From positions 1 to 64,000 of the IMG/VR virus record IMGVR_UViG_3300042562_001017: a stretch of 64,000 bases of DNA; one strand, given 5' to 3'. Below the pieces are notes generated by a model. It worked only from the letters and a program-made list of their open reading frames with translations. It did no database searches and was not told where the DNA came from. This DNA is from a virus. Below are positions 8,628 to 17,352 of this stretch, in pieces. The translations under genes were made by a program, and so were the position numbers. Position 1 is the stretch's first letter, and each line of letters starts with the position of its first letter.

Positions 8628-9828
8628 TTATTAACTGTTTTAACTGTTCTAAATCATCTAACCATAAACATTGTGTTCCTTTACTTGCTTTACGTAACCA
8701 AACTTCATCTTGAGAATTTTTAACATATAAATTAATTACATATGCTTTTTTACCTTCTTTAGCTCTACAAATTCTACCAGACCTTTGACCATTTTGAATA
8801 CGTTTACTTGTTCTTGAGCAAATAATAGCCATATCAGCATCAGGAGCATCAAAACCTTCATCCATAGATTTAGCAGTACATATGCAATTAACTTTAGTTC
8901 GTTTATCCATAAATTTACGTAAAGCTTCTCTATTAGCTTTAACTCCATTTTTAGAATGATAACTTACTGCTTTTTCACCTATCTCATCACATAATTGTTG
9001 AGTAAAATCTACAGATTCACTAAAACAAATCATATGTTTATCAAGTTTAACTAACTCTTTAGCTATAGTCATTTTAGAATGAGCATGATAAAGAAAAGTT
9101 TTACGTTCTCTCATATTACGATTCCATTCTAAAGCAGATATCATAACTCTTTCAACAGGTATGTTGAATTCTCTTGCATGAGCTTCTCTAATGTTTTTGT
9201 TTGTTAAACAAGACATAGCTTTATCAAAGTCATGACCAAAAGTAGCAAAGTATTTGTTAAAAGCTTTATGTAATGTATCGTAATGATTTCTGTCTATATC
9301 ATCTAATTCTACTCCAAAATTAATTGTAATAAAATCAGCAACCCAACCATTAGTTTTACATTCTTCAGCAGTAACTTTACCTACAGATACTATATTTTTT
9401 CTATTAAGAAAAGCTATATGGTTTGCTTCTAATGTTGCAGATAAACCTAAAAACCAGCTGTATCTAGTTTCATTAATTACTTTAGTAAAATGTAAAGCAT
9501 TATCATTTGTCATTCTATGAACCTCATCACAAATTAACAAATCGCAACTTCTTTCAAATTTTATATATGTATTAATAACAAATACTTCTACGTTTTTAAG
9601 TTTAAATGCATCAATAAAACCTTTTTTAGATTTTGTCCAACTATTCTTTAAAGTTGTTGTTGGTACTATTACATGAGTAGTTCTATTTGCATCACGTCTA
9701 TTGCATTCTTGTATAGCAAGAATAGCTAATCTTGTCTTACCAAAACCTGTAAAAGCTTCTACAAAACCCATAGCTTTATGTTGAATCCAATTGTCTATTA
9801 TGTCTTCTTGTCTTTTATTTCTATCCAT
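8620..9828 (-). CDS. Superfamily 2 (DExH) helicase
   Basis: AFTGFGKT, DEVH, GLSAT, MDEGFD, QRSGRICR. Confidence 0.9.
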   Translation of the reverse strand: MDRNKRQEDIIDNWIQHKAMGFVEAFTGFGKTRLAILAIQECNRRDANRTTHVIVPTTTLKNSWTKSKKGFIDAFKLKNVEVFVINTYIKFERSCDLLICDEVHRMTNDNALHFTKVINETRYSWFLGLSATLEANHIAFLNRKNIVSVGKVTAEECKTNGWVADFITINFGVELDDIDRNHYDTLHKAFNKYFATFGHDFDKAMSCLTNKNIREAHAREFNIPVERVMISALEWNRNMRERKTFLYHAHSKMTIAKELVKLDKHMICFSESVDFTQQLCDEIGEKAVSYHSKNGVKANREALRKFMDKRTKVNCICTAKSMDEGFDAPDADMAIICSRTSKRIQNGQRSGRICRAKEGKKAYVINLYVKNSQDEVWLRKASKGTQCLWLDDLEQLKQLINE

Positions 9829-9829
9829 T

Positions 9830-11695
9830 TTATAATAGTTTTAATTGTTGTATATCTTCTATATTGTTTATAATTTCTCTAGCTTTACTTATATAATAAC
9901 TATAATCAATATTGTATTCTTCTATTGGTAATTCATAATAATTATTAAAATAAGTTACTTTCCATTCTTTAATTAACTTATTTCCTTTCATAATAGGAGC
10001 TTCTACTTGAGCAGTAGTATTATCTGCATATTCTTTAATAAGATAACCTCCACGTTTAGAAACAAAATATCTAACTATTTTAGATAGTTTTTTTCTTTCT
10101 AACTTACTATCAATTACTTGATAGAGAACAAATTTAGATTTACCTTTTTCAGGTGAACTGCTTGCTTTAACTCCAGCACAAAAATCATATATGTTTTTAT
10201 GATTACGTATTGTATCTTCAATAGCTATATTTTTTACAAAATAATTATAAATTGCTCTAGGTATAATAGAATATGATTTATTTTTATGAAGAGGAATGTT
10301 TTCAAATTCAAACATACCTTTACATTTAGTTTTACCATTACTATATATACTTGTGTAATTGTTTACATCTTTTATAATCATTTTACTATAAGTATCATGT
10401 TCTAAAGGTATAGTTGTTAAATCTTCCCACCATTTACATATAGACATATATTTATCCATATCTTCATTAGGTATTAAAAACTCACAACCATCTGTATTTA
10501 TCATAATTACTTTACTACCAGCTATTTCAGTTGTAACTTTTTCTACTAGCATTGATAAAAGCAATTGACCATTAATACATATAGTTAAACCTACCAAAGG
10601 GTCTTGAAGAAAACTATATTCATCATTCATTAAACCATAACTTGCATTTAATATAATTTTTAGTATATAATTTTTAGGATTAGATTTTGGTATTTCTTTT
10701 CTTTTAAGATAAAAACCTTTATATAATTTTAAAAATGCATCTTTAGGTAAATGAGCAGGACATAAATCATTTTGAAAATCTAAATGAGGATAGTAACTTG
10801 TTGCATCTACAGTTTTAATTGTATGAGTTTGAGTAGTTACAACAATACTATTTTTAGGAGCAGCATGTAAACCACCTAAACCATAATCTATTTCTATTCC
10901 TTGATAAGGTAATGTAAAAGTAAACTTTTCATCAGGTCTTATTTTAAGTTTATTAAACTCATTTAAAACTAAATTAAAAAGTTCTGTTTCAAACTTAACA
11001 TATAGAAATATTATATCTTTTACATTTATAACATCTCTTTTAGTTCTTAAAGCTTTTAACTCATTTTCTGGTATTCCAGTTTCATCAGATAAATATCTTA
11101 AGAATAATTTCTTAGCCATATCTGGTTCAGTAGAATTCATTAAATTTACTTTTTCAGATTCACTCAAAGTTTTTCTTAATTCTATTTCATGATAATAAGT
11201 TTTGTAAAGAAATTTAGTTGCTTGAACGTCATTTAGATTGTAATATAAAACTGATTCTAAATCTAACGTATCAGGTATTTCTTCTATATTAGGAAAATCT
11301 AACATAAATTCACACCATTTTAAACCTGTACGTTTAGCAGATGTACTCAAACTTAATGCTTTAAATAAATCTAATTGAAGTATACTTAATTTCCATTCAG
11401 GATAATCAGGTCTTCTGTTTTCAGATAAAATAATTAAATCTGAATAATCTCTAAGTTGCTGAGTTGTAGAATTTCTATTTTTTAAGAAATATTCTATTAT
11501 TTGACTATCGTAATGTAAATTATTATAACCAATTAAGGCTATAACTTCATTTGCTAAAAAATTAAAAAATTCTTTTCTATCATCTCTATCTTTAGTAATA
11601 ACAAAAACTTTTGTTTCTTCACTATCTTTATCAATAAATGTAGCAGTAAATATTTCTTTAAATACTTCTAAATCATATATCCATGTTTTTTTCAT
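9830..11695 (-). CDS. polB: DNA polymerase family B (crAss-type) with 3'-5' exonuclease
   Basis: Exo YDLEVF, GYNNLHYD, YNLNDV; pol DATSYYP, KIILNASYG, NTDG; no intein or intron visible. Confidence 0.9.
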   Translation of the reverse strand: MKKTWIYDLEVFKEIFTATFIDKDSEETKVFVITKDRDDRKEFFNFLANEVIALIGYNNLHYDSQIIEYFLKNRNSTTQQLRDYSDLIILSENRRPDYPEWKLSILQLDLFKALSLSTSAKRTGLKWCEFMLDFPNIEEIPDTLDLESVLYYNLNDVQATKFLYKTYYHEIELRKTLSESEKVNLMNSTEPDMAKKLFLRYLSDETGIPENELKALRTKRDVINVKDIIFLYVKFETELFNLVLNEFNKLKIRPDEKFTFTLPYQGIEIDYGLGGLHAAPKNSIVVTTQTHTIKTVDATSYYPHLDFQNDLCPAHLPKDAFLKLYKGFYLKRKEIPKSNPKNYILKIILNASYGLMNDEYSFLQDPLVGLTICINGQLLLSMLVEKVTTEIAGSKVIMINTDGCEFLIPNEDMDKYMSICKWWEDLTTIPLEHDTYSKMIIKDVNNYTSIYSNGKTKCKGMFEFENIPLHKNKSYSIIPRAIYNYFVKNIAIEDTIRNHKNIYDFCAGVKASSSPEKGKSKFVLYQVIDSKLERKKLSKIVRYFVSKRGGYLIKEYADNTTAQVEAPIMKGNKLIKEWKVTYFNNYYELPIEEYNIDYSYYISKAREIINNIEDIQQLKLL

Positions 11696-11710
11696 AACTT
11701 TTAAATTTAA

Positions 11711-11740
11711 AAAACTCTAGGCCGTAATACCTAGAGTTTA
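11711..11740 (-). terminator. Intrinsic terminator closing the ncRNA region upstream of polB
   Basis: AAACTCTAGG-8nt-CCTAGAGTTT stem followed by T-run on the minus strand. Confidence 0.7.
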
Positions 11741-11760
11741 CACACACATTTTACCCTTAA

Positions 11761-11957
11761 AGTCTAATTACGTAGACCAATAATGACTTTCCAACAGTCC
11801 TTCTGTGACTCTCCGTACTCATGTCTTTTACCTAAATGGTTACTTGAACTTTCTGTTTACTGTTTCATCACTAATGGAAAGTGCTTTCTTACTGTTTCAT
11901 GCAAACCTATAAAATAAAATTGCGTTGTAGAATCTCTCTACACACCATACAGAAAGC
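11761..11957 (-). ncRNA. Putative structured ncRNA downstream of the tRNA-like element
   Basis: Long-range stems GCTTTCT/AGAAAGC and ACTTTCCA/TGGAAAGT; 12-nt repeat TTACTGTTTCAT at 11857 and 11889; no ORF in the track. Confidence 0.4.
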
Positions 11958-11961
11958 TTTG

Positions 11962-12074
11962 CAATCAGGACAGGAATCGAACCTGTAATTTACTTGTAGC
12001 GACATCACCATACCGCTCTTCCAATCACTTCTTTTTACGGAAGCAAGTGTGTCTACCAATTCCACCACCTGACT
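11962..12074 (-). ncRNA. tRNA-like RNA with an expanded (47-nt) anticodon region
   Basis: Acceptor AGTCAGG/CCTGATT, D-arm GTGGAATTGGTAGACAC, T-arm ACAGG-TTCGATT-CCTGT, stem ACTTG/CAAGT enclosing 47 nt; no CCA. Confidence 0.7.
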
Positions 12075-12078
12075 ATGT

Positions 12079-12208
12079 CCCAAACTTCACTTAATGCGTC
12101 CATTAAGGATAGGTTTGGTAATCCACCTTAACTTATGCCTTGGGCTATTCGTTTACGTGGAGATAAGACCACTGAAGTGTGCTGTTCTTACGGGAAGCAT
12201 CGTGGTAC
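12079..12208 (-). ncRNA. Putative structured ncRNA upstream of the tRNA-like element
   Basis: Stems ACCAC/GTGGT, TGCT/AGCA, TCCAC/GTGGA, and CCAAAC/GTTTGG enclosing CTTAATG-GACG-CATTAAG; GC higher than flanks. Confidence 0.4.
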
Positions 12209-12221
12209 TTTTTTAAATATT

Positions 12222-13085
12222 TTAAAATATATATCTTATTATATTCCAAGGAATTATTTCATTATGAATCTTTTTAAATTCATCAATGTATTGATACTTT
12301 AGATTGTGTTTGTAACGTATATTTATACCTCCATATTGAGAAATTTTATTTTCTTGTATTTCAGGATTCCATAACAAATCTTCACCTTTTACATTATTAT
12401 TTAAATTATCAATATGTTTATTTTTATTATGAGTAAGAAATATAACTTCACATTTAACTTGATTTTTATAAGAATCGTTTATTAAAATGTCTACTAATTG
12501 AAATAAATCTTTGTATTCTTCTAACCAATTATCAGTTACAATTACAGGAGAAAAATTAATATGAACATCATAACCTGCTTCAATAAAAGTATTTATAGCT
12601 TGTATTCTATCAACAATTTTACTTGTATTAGGTTCTAATAAATCAGAATATTTTTGAGGCATTAATGAAAATCTTATTCTTATTTTCTTTTCAGGATTAT
12701 AATTTAATAAATTTACATTTACATATTTAGTTGCAAATGAACCCATTGCTTTAGGACTATCTTTAAAAAAATCAAAAATATATTTCCAATTATGATATTT
12801 TAAATGTAAAGCAAAATCTTCATTACAACTTATATCATATGTTATCAATGAGTTATGAGTTTGATTAGGTTTGTCTACAATAATAAACATTGAATGATTA
12901 TTAATAGCTGTTAAAATATCTCCTGTATTTTTAGCAACATCTAATCCTTGAGGTTTATGACGTTTCATGTAGCAATAAGTACAATTAAATAAACAGCCAT
13001 GACCAAAGCTAGGTGATATGAAGTCAGTACTTCTACCACTTTCTCTAATAAGCATTGATTTTCTATTAATCTTTTTCATTTTCAT
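12222..13085 (-). CDS. Spore photoproduct lyase-like radical SAM enzyme
   Basis: GHGCLFNCTYCYMKRH (CxxxCxxC), FATKYVN, RIRFSLMP, EPNTS.I..RI.AI, NFSPVI as in the SplB family. Confidence 0.82.
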   Translation of the reverse strand: MKMKKINRKSMLIRESGRSTDFISPSFGHGCLFNCTYCYMKRHKPQGLDVAKNTGDILTAINNHSMFIIVDKPNQTHNSLITYDISCNEDFALHLKYHNWKYIFDFFKDSPKAMGSFATKYVNVNLLNYNPEKKIRIRFSLMPQKYSDLLEPNTSKIVDRIQAINTFIEAGYDVHINFSPVIVTDNWLEEYKDLFQLVDILINDSYKNQVKCEVIFLTHNKNKHIDNLNNNVKGEDLLWNPEIQENKISQYGGINIRYKHNLKYQYIDEFKKIHNEIIPWNIIRYIF

Positions 13086-13190
13086 TTAATTTAAAATCAG
13101 CAGAAGCAATTTTGAACGATATTCTGTTTTCTTTTGAACGATATTTTAATTCGTTTTCTAATTGCCACTCTTTCGAGTATCTGATAAATA

Positions 13191-13499
13191 TTATATTTCT
13201 TGTTCAGCTTTTATAAGCATTTCTGCTTTTTTAGCATAAACTTCTTTTCTTACAATCAGTTCTTCATCTAATTGTTCCAATAATTGTGTGTGTAAATCGC
13301 AAATATCGGCACATTTTTTGACTTGATAAAGAGCTTTTTCTTTAAAATTGTAATATTTGTTCATTAAAGAACTTGATATTTTTCTAGCTTCTATTAATTC
13401 TTCATCATTTAAAGTATTAATGTTTACTAAACTACCATTCTTCTTTTTCCAAAGAAGTTGGTCTTCTCTGTCTTTTGCTTGTATTTCTACGCCTTCCAT
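13191..13499 (-). CDS. Hypothetical protein
   Basis: ORF track; helical. Confidence 0.65.
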   Translation of the reverse strand: MEGVEIQAKDREDQLLWKKKNGSLVNINTLNDEELIEARKISSSLMNKYYNFKEKALYQVKKCADICDLHTQLLEQLDEELIVRKEVYAKKAEMLIKAEQEI

Positions 13500-13535
13500 C
13501 TAATTTTATATTTAAGGGTTTTTAAAATAAAAATA

Positions 13536-13559
13536 AAAGGGGGAAATTAATCCCCCTTT
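13536..13559 (-). terminator. Intrinsic terminator
   Basis: AAAGGGGGA-AATTAA-TCCCCCTTT directly after the stop of 13564..13998. Confidence 0.8.
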
Positions 13560-13563
13560 ATAA

Positions 13564-13998
13564 CTAAAATGTTCTTTCTGATTCTGCTGGAGCTAAACTA
13601 ACAGCTTCAGCGTTTAGAACAGTTGCGTCATTTTGCTTCAAATTACGGTTTGCGTAAGTTGTTGCATCTTCATTACTGAATACAACACAAGAATATTGAG
13701 TAACTTGTTTGTCACCAATAGCATAAGGAGTTGTTTGGAAAGTATGGAAAGAACCTTCAACGATGTCATTTACAGCAATGTTACTAAACAAAGCATCAGC
13801 TTTAATTAATACACCATCTTCTGTATGACCTTCACCCCATACATTTCTTGTTCTGTTGTTGTTGTTAGATTTAACACTAACTTCTCTACCATTTAATTTG
13901 ATAGTTTTGTCTAATTCCTTAAATACTACTACTTTGTAAGGACGGTTGTTTTTTGCAGTTTTAATTTCCGAAACTGATACGACTTGGATTAAATTCAT
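13564..13998 (-). CDS. Hypothetical, possibly OB-fold/SSB-like protein
   Basis: Beta-rich, KTAKNNRPYK hairpin, tail ending in Phe; flanked by terminators. Confidence 0.55.
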   Translation of the reverse strand: MNLIQVVSVSEIKTAKNNRPYKVVVFKELDKTIKLNGREVSVKSNNNNRTRNVWGEGHTEDGVLIKADALFSNIAVNDIVEGSFHTFQTTPYAIGDKQVTQYSCVVFSNEDATTYANRNLKQNDATVLNAEAVSLAPAESERTF

Positions 13999-14062
13999 AA
14001 TTTTGATTTTTAAATTGTTGTTAATTGTTATTAGTTTTTATTTGTTTTTGTTTAAATAAAAT

Positions 14063-14111
14063 AAAACTTTGTGTTTCTAATCTACATTTCGTCTATGAAA
14101 CACAAAGTTTT
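14063..14111 (-). terminator. Long-stem hairpin/terminator
   Basis: 15-bp perfect stem AAAACTTTGTGTTTC/GAAACACAAAGTTTT with 19-nt loop after 14119..14463. Confidence 0.65.
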
Positions 14112-14118
14112 AAGTTAA

Positions 14119-14463
14119 TTATTTTTTAGTTGTACGTCTGCTAACTGTTTTCTTAGGAGCAGCAGGTGCTTCTTCTCTTGCAGATGTCTTAACTCCTTCT
14201 GGAAACAACTCAGCACCTAATTCTAAAAGGTCTAAAAAGTTTCTAGTAGCAGCTTCAGCTTCGTATTGTGCTTCAAGAATAGCTTGAGTATCAATAGGAA
14301 ATTGACCTTTTAATGCTTCAACTCTACTTTCAGCAGCTAAATTGCGTTTTTCAGCATCTAAAGCATCTTTAGTTAATTGTAAATGAGCTTCACGAGCATT
14401 CATTAAAGCTTTGCTTGCATCTTTAGAGTCTTTAGACTGTTGTAATCTTTGTACGTAATTCAT
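14119..14463 (-). CDS. Hypothetical coiled-coil protein with basic tail
   Basis: ORF track; Ala/Glu-rich helix, ends APKKTVSRRTTKK. Confidence 0.7.
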   Translation of the reverse strand: MNYVQRLQQSKDSKDASKALMNAREAHLQLTKDALDAEKRNLAAESRVEALKGQFPIDTQAILEAQYEAEAATRNFLDLLELGAELFPEGVKTSAREEAPAAPKKTVSRRTTKK

Positions 14464-14467
14464 AATT

Positions 14468-14689
14468 TTAAAATTTAAATGGTTTTTGTTTAATAAAACT
14501 TATCTTTTTCAAGATAGATTTTGGATAAACGATTTGATTAAATGTTGATTTTAAAGTTTTATGTGCTGGCATAAAAATTTCTTTTTCAACTACTGGATAA
14601 ATGAATGTAAAACTAGAAGCAGTCTTGCTTTTGTTATACCATACTGATTTTAAATCATTTACTGTCTTTTTTCTTGTTAAAGTACTCAT
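14468..14689 (-). CDS. Hypothetical protein
   Basis: ORF track, ATGA coupling. Confidence 0.6.
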   Translation of the reverse strand: MSTLTRKKTVNDLKSVWYNKSKTASSFTFIYPVVEKEIFMPAHKTLKSTFNQIVYPKSILKKISFIKQKPFKF

Positions 14690-15018
14690 TTTGTTTTATA
14701 TGGATAATGGTCAATAACTTTTATTTTACCTGTATAACTAAATTTCCTTTTAACATTATTTAAAATTCTACCTAGTTTTACTACAATACCTTCTTCATCT
14801 TTAATAGTTTCAGGAACTAATTGGATATATTTACTGTTTTTAGAAATTCCATATAAAGGATTTTTAACTATTTTTTGTAAATATTGTCTTCTTTGTCTTC
14901 TGTTAGGGTCTTTACTTGGATTAAATCCTAAAGCTAAAGGTTCAGTGTATTGTTTTTGATTGTCTTCTAATATTGGTGTTCCATCAGGATTACGCAAATA
15001 TCTTATTGGTTTGTTCAT
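14686..15018 (-). CDS. Hypothetical basic protein (NRRQRR motif)
   Basis: ORF track. Confidence 0.65.
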   Translation of the reverse strand: MNKPIRYLRNPDGTPILEDNQKQYTEPLALGFNPSKDPNRRQRRQYLQKIVKNPLYGISKNSKYIQLVPETIKDEEGIVVKLGRILNNVKRKFSYTGKIKVIDHYPYKTK

Positions 15019-15218
15019 TATATGTGACTATAAGTTAAAAAGTTAGCTAAATAATTTTCTGTGTTTACTTGAATGTTTTCATTTACATATATTTTTTCAA
15101 TATTGTTTTCAAATAAATAATTTTTGATTTTTTCTAAATCATGCTCAAAAGCTTGAATTAAAAATAAATGTGTTGTTACTTTCATAATTAAATTAATTAA
15201 AATATACCTCTTTTTCAA
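15018..15218 (-). CDS. Hypothetical protein (start uncertain; internal ATG of MKVTT likely)
   Basis: ORF track. Confidence 0.5.
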   Translation of the reverse strand: MKKRYILINLIMKVTTHLFLIQAFEHDLEKIKNYLFENNIEKIYVNENIQVNTENYLANFLTYSHI

Positions 15219-15233
15219 GAGGCATATTTAGTT

Positions 15234-15380
15234 TTAAATTGAATAACCGATTTTAAAATAAGCATTGTTTCCTATAAGCTTAGCAGTATAAACTACATAC
15301 TTTTGCATTAAATAAGATTTGATTGCTTGAAAAACACCATAAGTGCTGATGCTTAACATAAATGTTCTAGTTTTTTTCAT
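15234..15380 (-). CDS. Small hypothetical protein (48 aa)
   Basis: Read manually: MKKTRTFMLSISTYGVFQAIKSYLMQKYVVYTAKLIGNNAYFKIGYSI. Confidence 0.5.
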   Translation of the reverse strand: MKKTRTFMLSISTYGVFQAIKSYLMQKYVVYTAKLIGNNAYFKIGYSI

Positions 15381-15537
15381 AAAGTTTAATGTTTAAATTT
15401 CCCCATTCAGGAAGATTGTTTGAATAACTTAAAATACTACTTAGGAATTCATTTTTCAATGATTTTGCTTGCGGTGTGTTACGCATTTGTTTTGCAATTT
15501 TTGCAATTTTGTTTGTTGTTTTTTTTTCTTCAGTCAT
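15367..15537 (-). CDS. Small hypothetical protein (56 aa)
   Basis: Read manually: MTEEKKTTNKIAKIAKQMRNTPQAKSLKNEF... Confidence 0.45.
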   Translation of the reverse strand: MTEEKKTTNKIAKIAKQMRNTPQAKSLKNEFLSSILSYSNNLPEWGNLNIKLYEKN

Positions 15538-15541
15538 AATT

Positions 15542-15889
15542 TTAAAAATTAAAAATAATTTCTATAATTTTCTTTTTGTTTTCAGCACGTAATTTTTTAA
15601 TTAGTTTTACTACTATTTCAAACTGGTCATTTTCACTTAAATTTTCTAAAGGTCTTCTAATAGAATTTTTTTGATTATGTAAAGTATACATACCAGAACT
15701 AGTAATTGTAGATAATACAGCATTTGCATTTTTTCTTAAATGATTGTAATATCTACCTTTAACTACATTAAATTTTACATTTAATTCTGCCGAAACTTGT
15801 TCTAAAGCATAAGAAATGTTTGAAGGATACTTACTTATATATTCTAATATAAGATTATCTTCTTCTTTTGTAAGTAACGTTTGTCTCAT
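15542..15889 (-). CDS. Myb/SANT-like HTH DNA-binding protein
   Basis: LTKEEDNLILEYI...VSAELN...VKGRYYNHLR resembles a Myb-like repeat. Confidence 0.55.
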   Translation of the reverse strand: MRQTLLTKEEDNLILEYISKYPSNISYALEQVSAELNVKFNVVKGRYYNHLRKNANAVLSTITSSGMYTLHNQKNSIRRPLENLSENDQFEIVVKLIKKLRAENKKKIIEIIFNF

Positions 15890-15928
15890 TATGTTTTTTA
15901 TTTAAAGGTTTTTGTGTGTAAAAATTAA

Positions 15929-15958
15929 AAAAAGCATAGTGGACTACCTATGCTTTTT
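15929..15958 (-). terminator. Intrinsic terminator
   Basis: AAAAAGCATAG-8nt-CTATGCTTTTT. Confidence 0.7.
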
Positions 15959-16054
15959 CAGACAATTATATTATTTAGATATTCAAACTATTTTTTTAAA
16001 TTGTTTTTTATTTATTTGTTTAATTAAAAACTAGTGTCCTTCTAGTTTATCTTT

Positions 16055-16282
16055 CTAATCGTCAAAATATTGACGACCACTAGAAAACCAAACTTCTGCA
16101 TACAAACAAGATATTGTTAATGATGCAAAAGTTGTAATCCATAATAACATTGACTGAACTATTGTATAAAATTTAAATCCTAACATTTGTGGTGAATCAG
16201 CTATTATAGCGATAACAATTGTTATTATAAAAAATAATAAACATATAATTCCAGATATTTTTTTTCTATTTTCTTTTTTCAT
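16055..16282 (-). CDS. Small 2-TM membrane protein
   Basis: Two hydrophobic stretches. Confidence 0.6.
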   Translation of the reverse strand: MKKENRKKISGIICLLFFIITIVIAIIADSPQMLGFKFYTIVQSMLLWITTFASLTISCLYAEVWFSSGRQYFDD

Positions 16283-16287
16283 TATTT

Positions 16288-16488
16288 TTAAACTATAACA
16301 TTATTTGCACATACTTCTAAACACCAATTCATTAGTTCATCTAACATAGGTGATTCATCTTCTTCATCAAAAGCATCTGTTGTAGCAATACATAGTAAAT
16401 CTGATTGATTTGGATGCATTTTAATTAATTCACTTGTTTTATTTGAAAATTCTGTTACTGTCATATTATTTCTTTTTAAATTGTTCAA
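16288..16488 (-). CDS. Hypothetical acidic protein (start may be the internal MTVTEF)
   Basis: ORF track. Confidence 0.5.
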   Translation of the reverse strand: MNNLKRNNMTVTEFSNKTSELIKMHPNQSDLLCIATTDAFDEEDESPMLDELMNWCLEVCANNVIV

Positions 16489-17095
16489 ACCATTTTTTTA
16501 CATTACCATATCCAACCATTGAAGTTTTTCTTGTTTCATATTTCCAAATAAGTTCTAAAACCTCTTCCTCACTATACATTCTCTCTGCTTGCCATTTAGC
16601 ACCAAACCTAACTGCTTTGTTAATGACTATGTCAATCTCTCCATAGCGACTTGCATATTCTTTAGCCACTTCTTCAATTGTTTCTTGTTTAGTTTCTTCT
16701 TTTGTAATGATGATTTTGTATATTGTTGAACCAAAATGTAATTTATAATCTCTAATTTCAACACTCTCACAACTTGAATTCTTAATAAACCATTCTAAAA
16801 AAGTATCATCAATAGCTTGAACACCATATTTGATTAGGTCTTGGTCTATTGTTAGGATGATTTTTTTACTTAAATGAAAAAGTTCATTATCACCTCTTTC
16901 TATTTTAGAAACTTTATTTTTATAAATAATCCAATCTCCATCTTTAATTTCTTCATCAGAAGTGATGTAGATGTTTTGACATTTCCCTTTAGTGAATATT
17001 TTTTGAAGTGTGTATTGATTATTTAATAAAAGTGTATTTTCTTTTAAAAACAACCTACTTGGTTTATCTGTTGGTATTAAATATAAGTTTTTCAT
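16466..17095 (-). CDS. Hypothetical phage protein
   Basis: 209-aa ORF; MKNLYLIPTDKPSRL and GAKWQAERMYSEEEV segments recalled from environmental Bacteroidota phages. Confidence 0.7.
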   Translation of the reverse strand: MKNLYLIPTDKPSRLFLKENTLLLNNQYTLQKIFTKGKCQNIYITSDEEIKDGDWIIYKNKVSKIERGDNELFHLSKKIILTIDQDLIKYGVQAIDDTFLEWFIKNSSCESVEIRDYKLHFGSTIYKIIITKEETKQETIEEVAKEYASRYGEIDIVINKAVRFGAKWQAERMYSEEEVLELIWKYETRKTSMVGYGNVKKWFEQFKKK

Positions 17096-17097
17096 AA

Positions 17098-17316
17098 TTA
17101 AAAATTTATATGTTTATCATCTCTTAATGCTACAGTCCATCTTATTATAGTCATAACAAACATTCCTATTGTTATAAAAAATAATATTATATAAACAAGA
17201 GTCAAATTTACATTAGATTGACAAAATGTTAATTTATACCAATCTAAAAATGGCATCATAAATAAAGGAAACACTATTAATGTTATAGTGTGAATAATTG
17301 CGATAATGTATTTCAT
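17098..17316 (-). CDS. Small 2-TM membrane protein
   Basis: Two hydrophobic stretches. Confidence 0.6.
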   Translation of the reverse strand: MKYIIAIIHTITLIVFPLFMMPFLDWYKLTFCQSNVNLTLVYIILFFITIGMFVMTIIRWTVALRDDKHINF

Positions 17317-17352
17317 GTTTTTGTTTGTTAATTGTTTTTAATTGGTTTGTGT

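Noticed and set aside
11740-12210. Theta/HDV-like or pistol ribozyme next to the tRNA-like element; tmRNA
   Set aside because: I could not fit the consensus core nucleotides by eye; the element has a full D-arm and no tag ORF. Left as an unassigned ncRNA.
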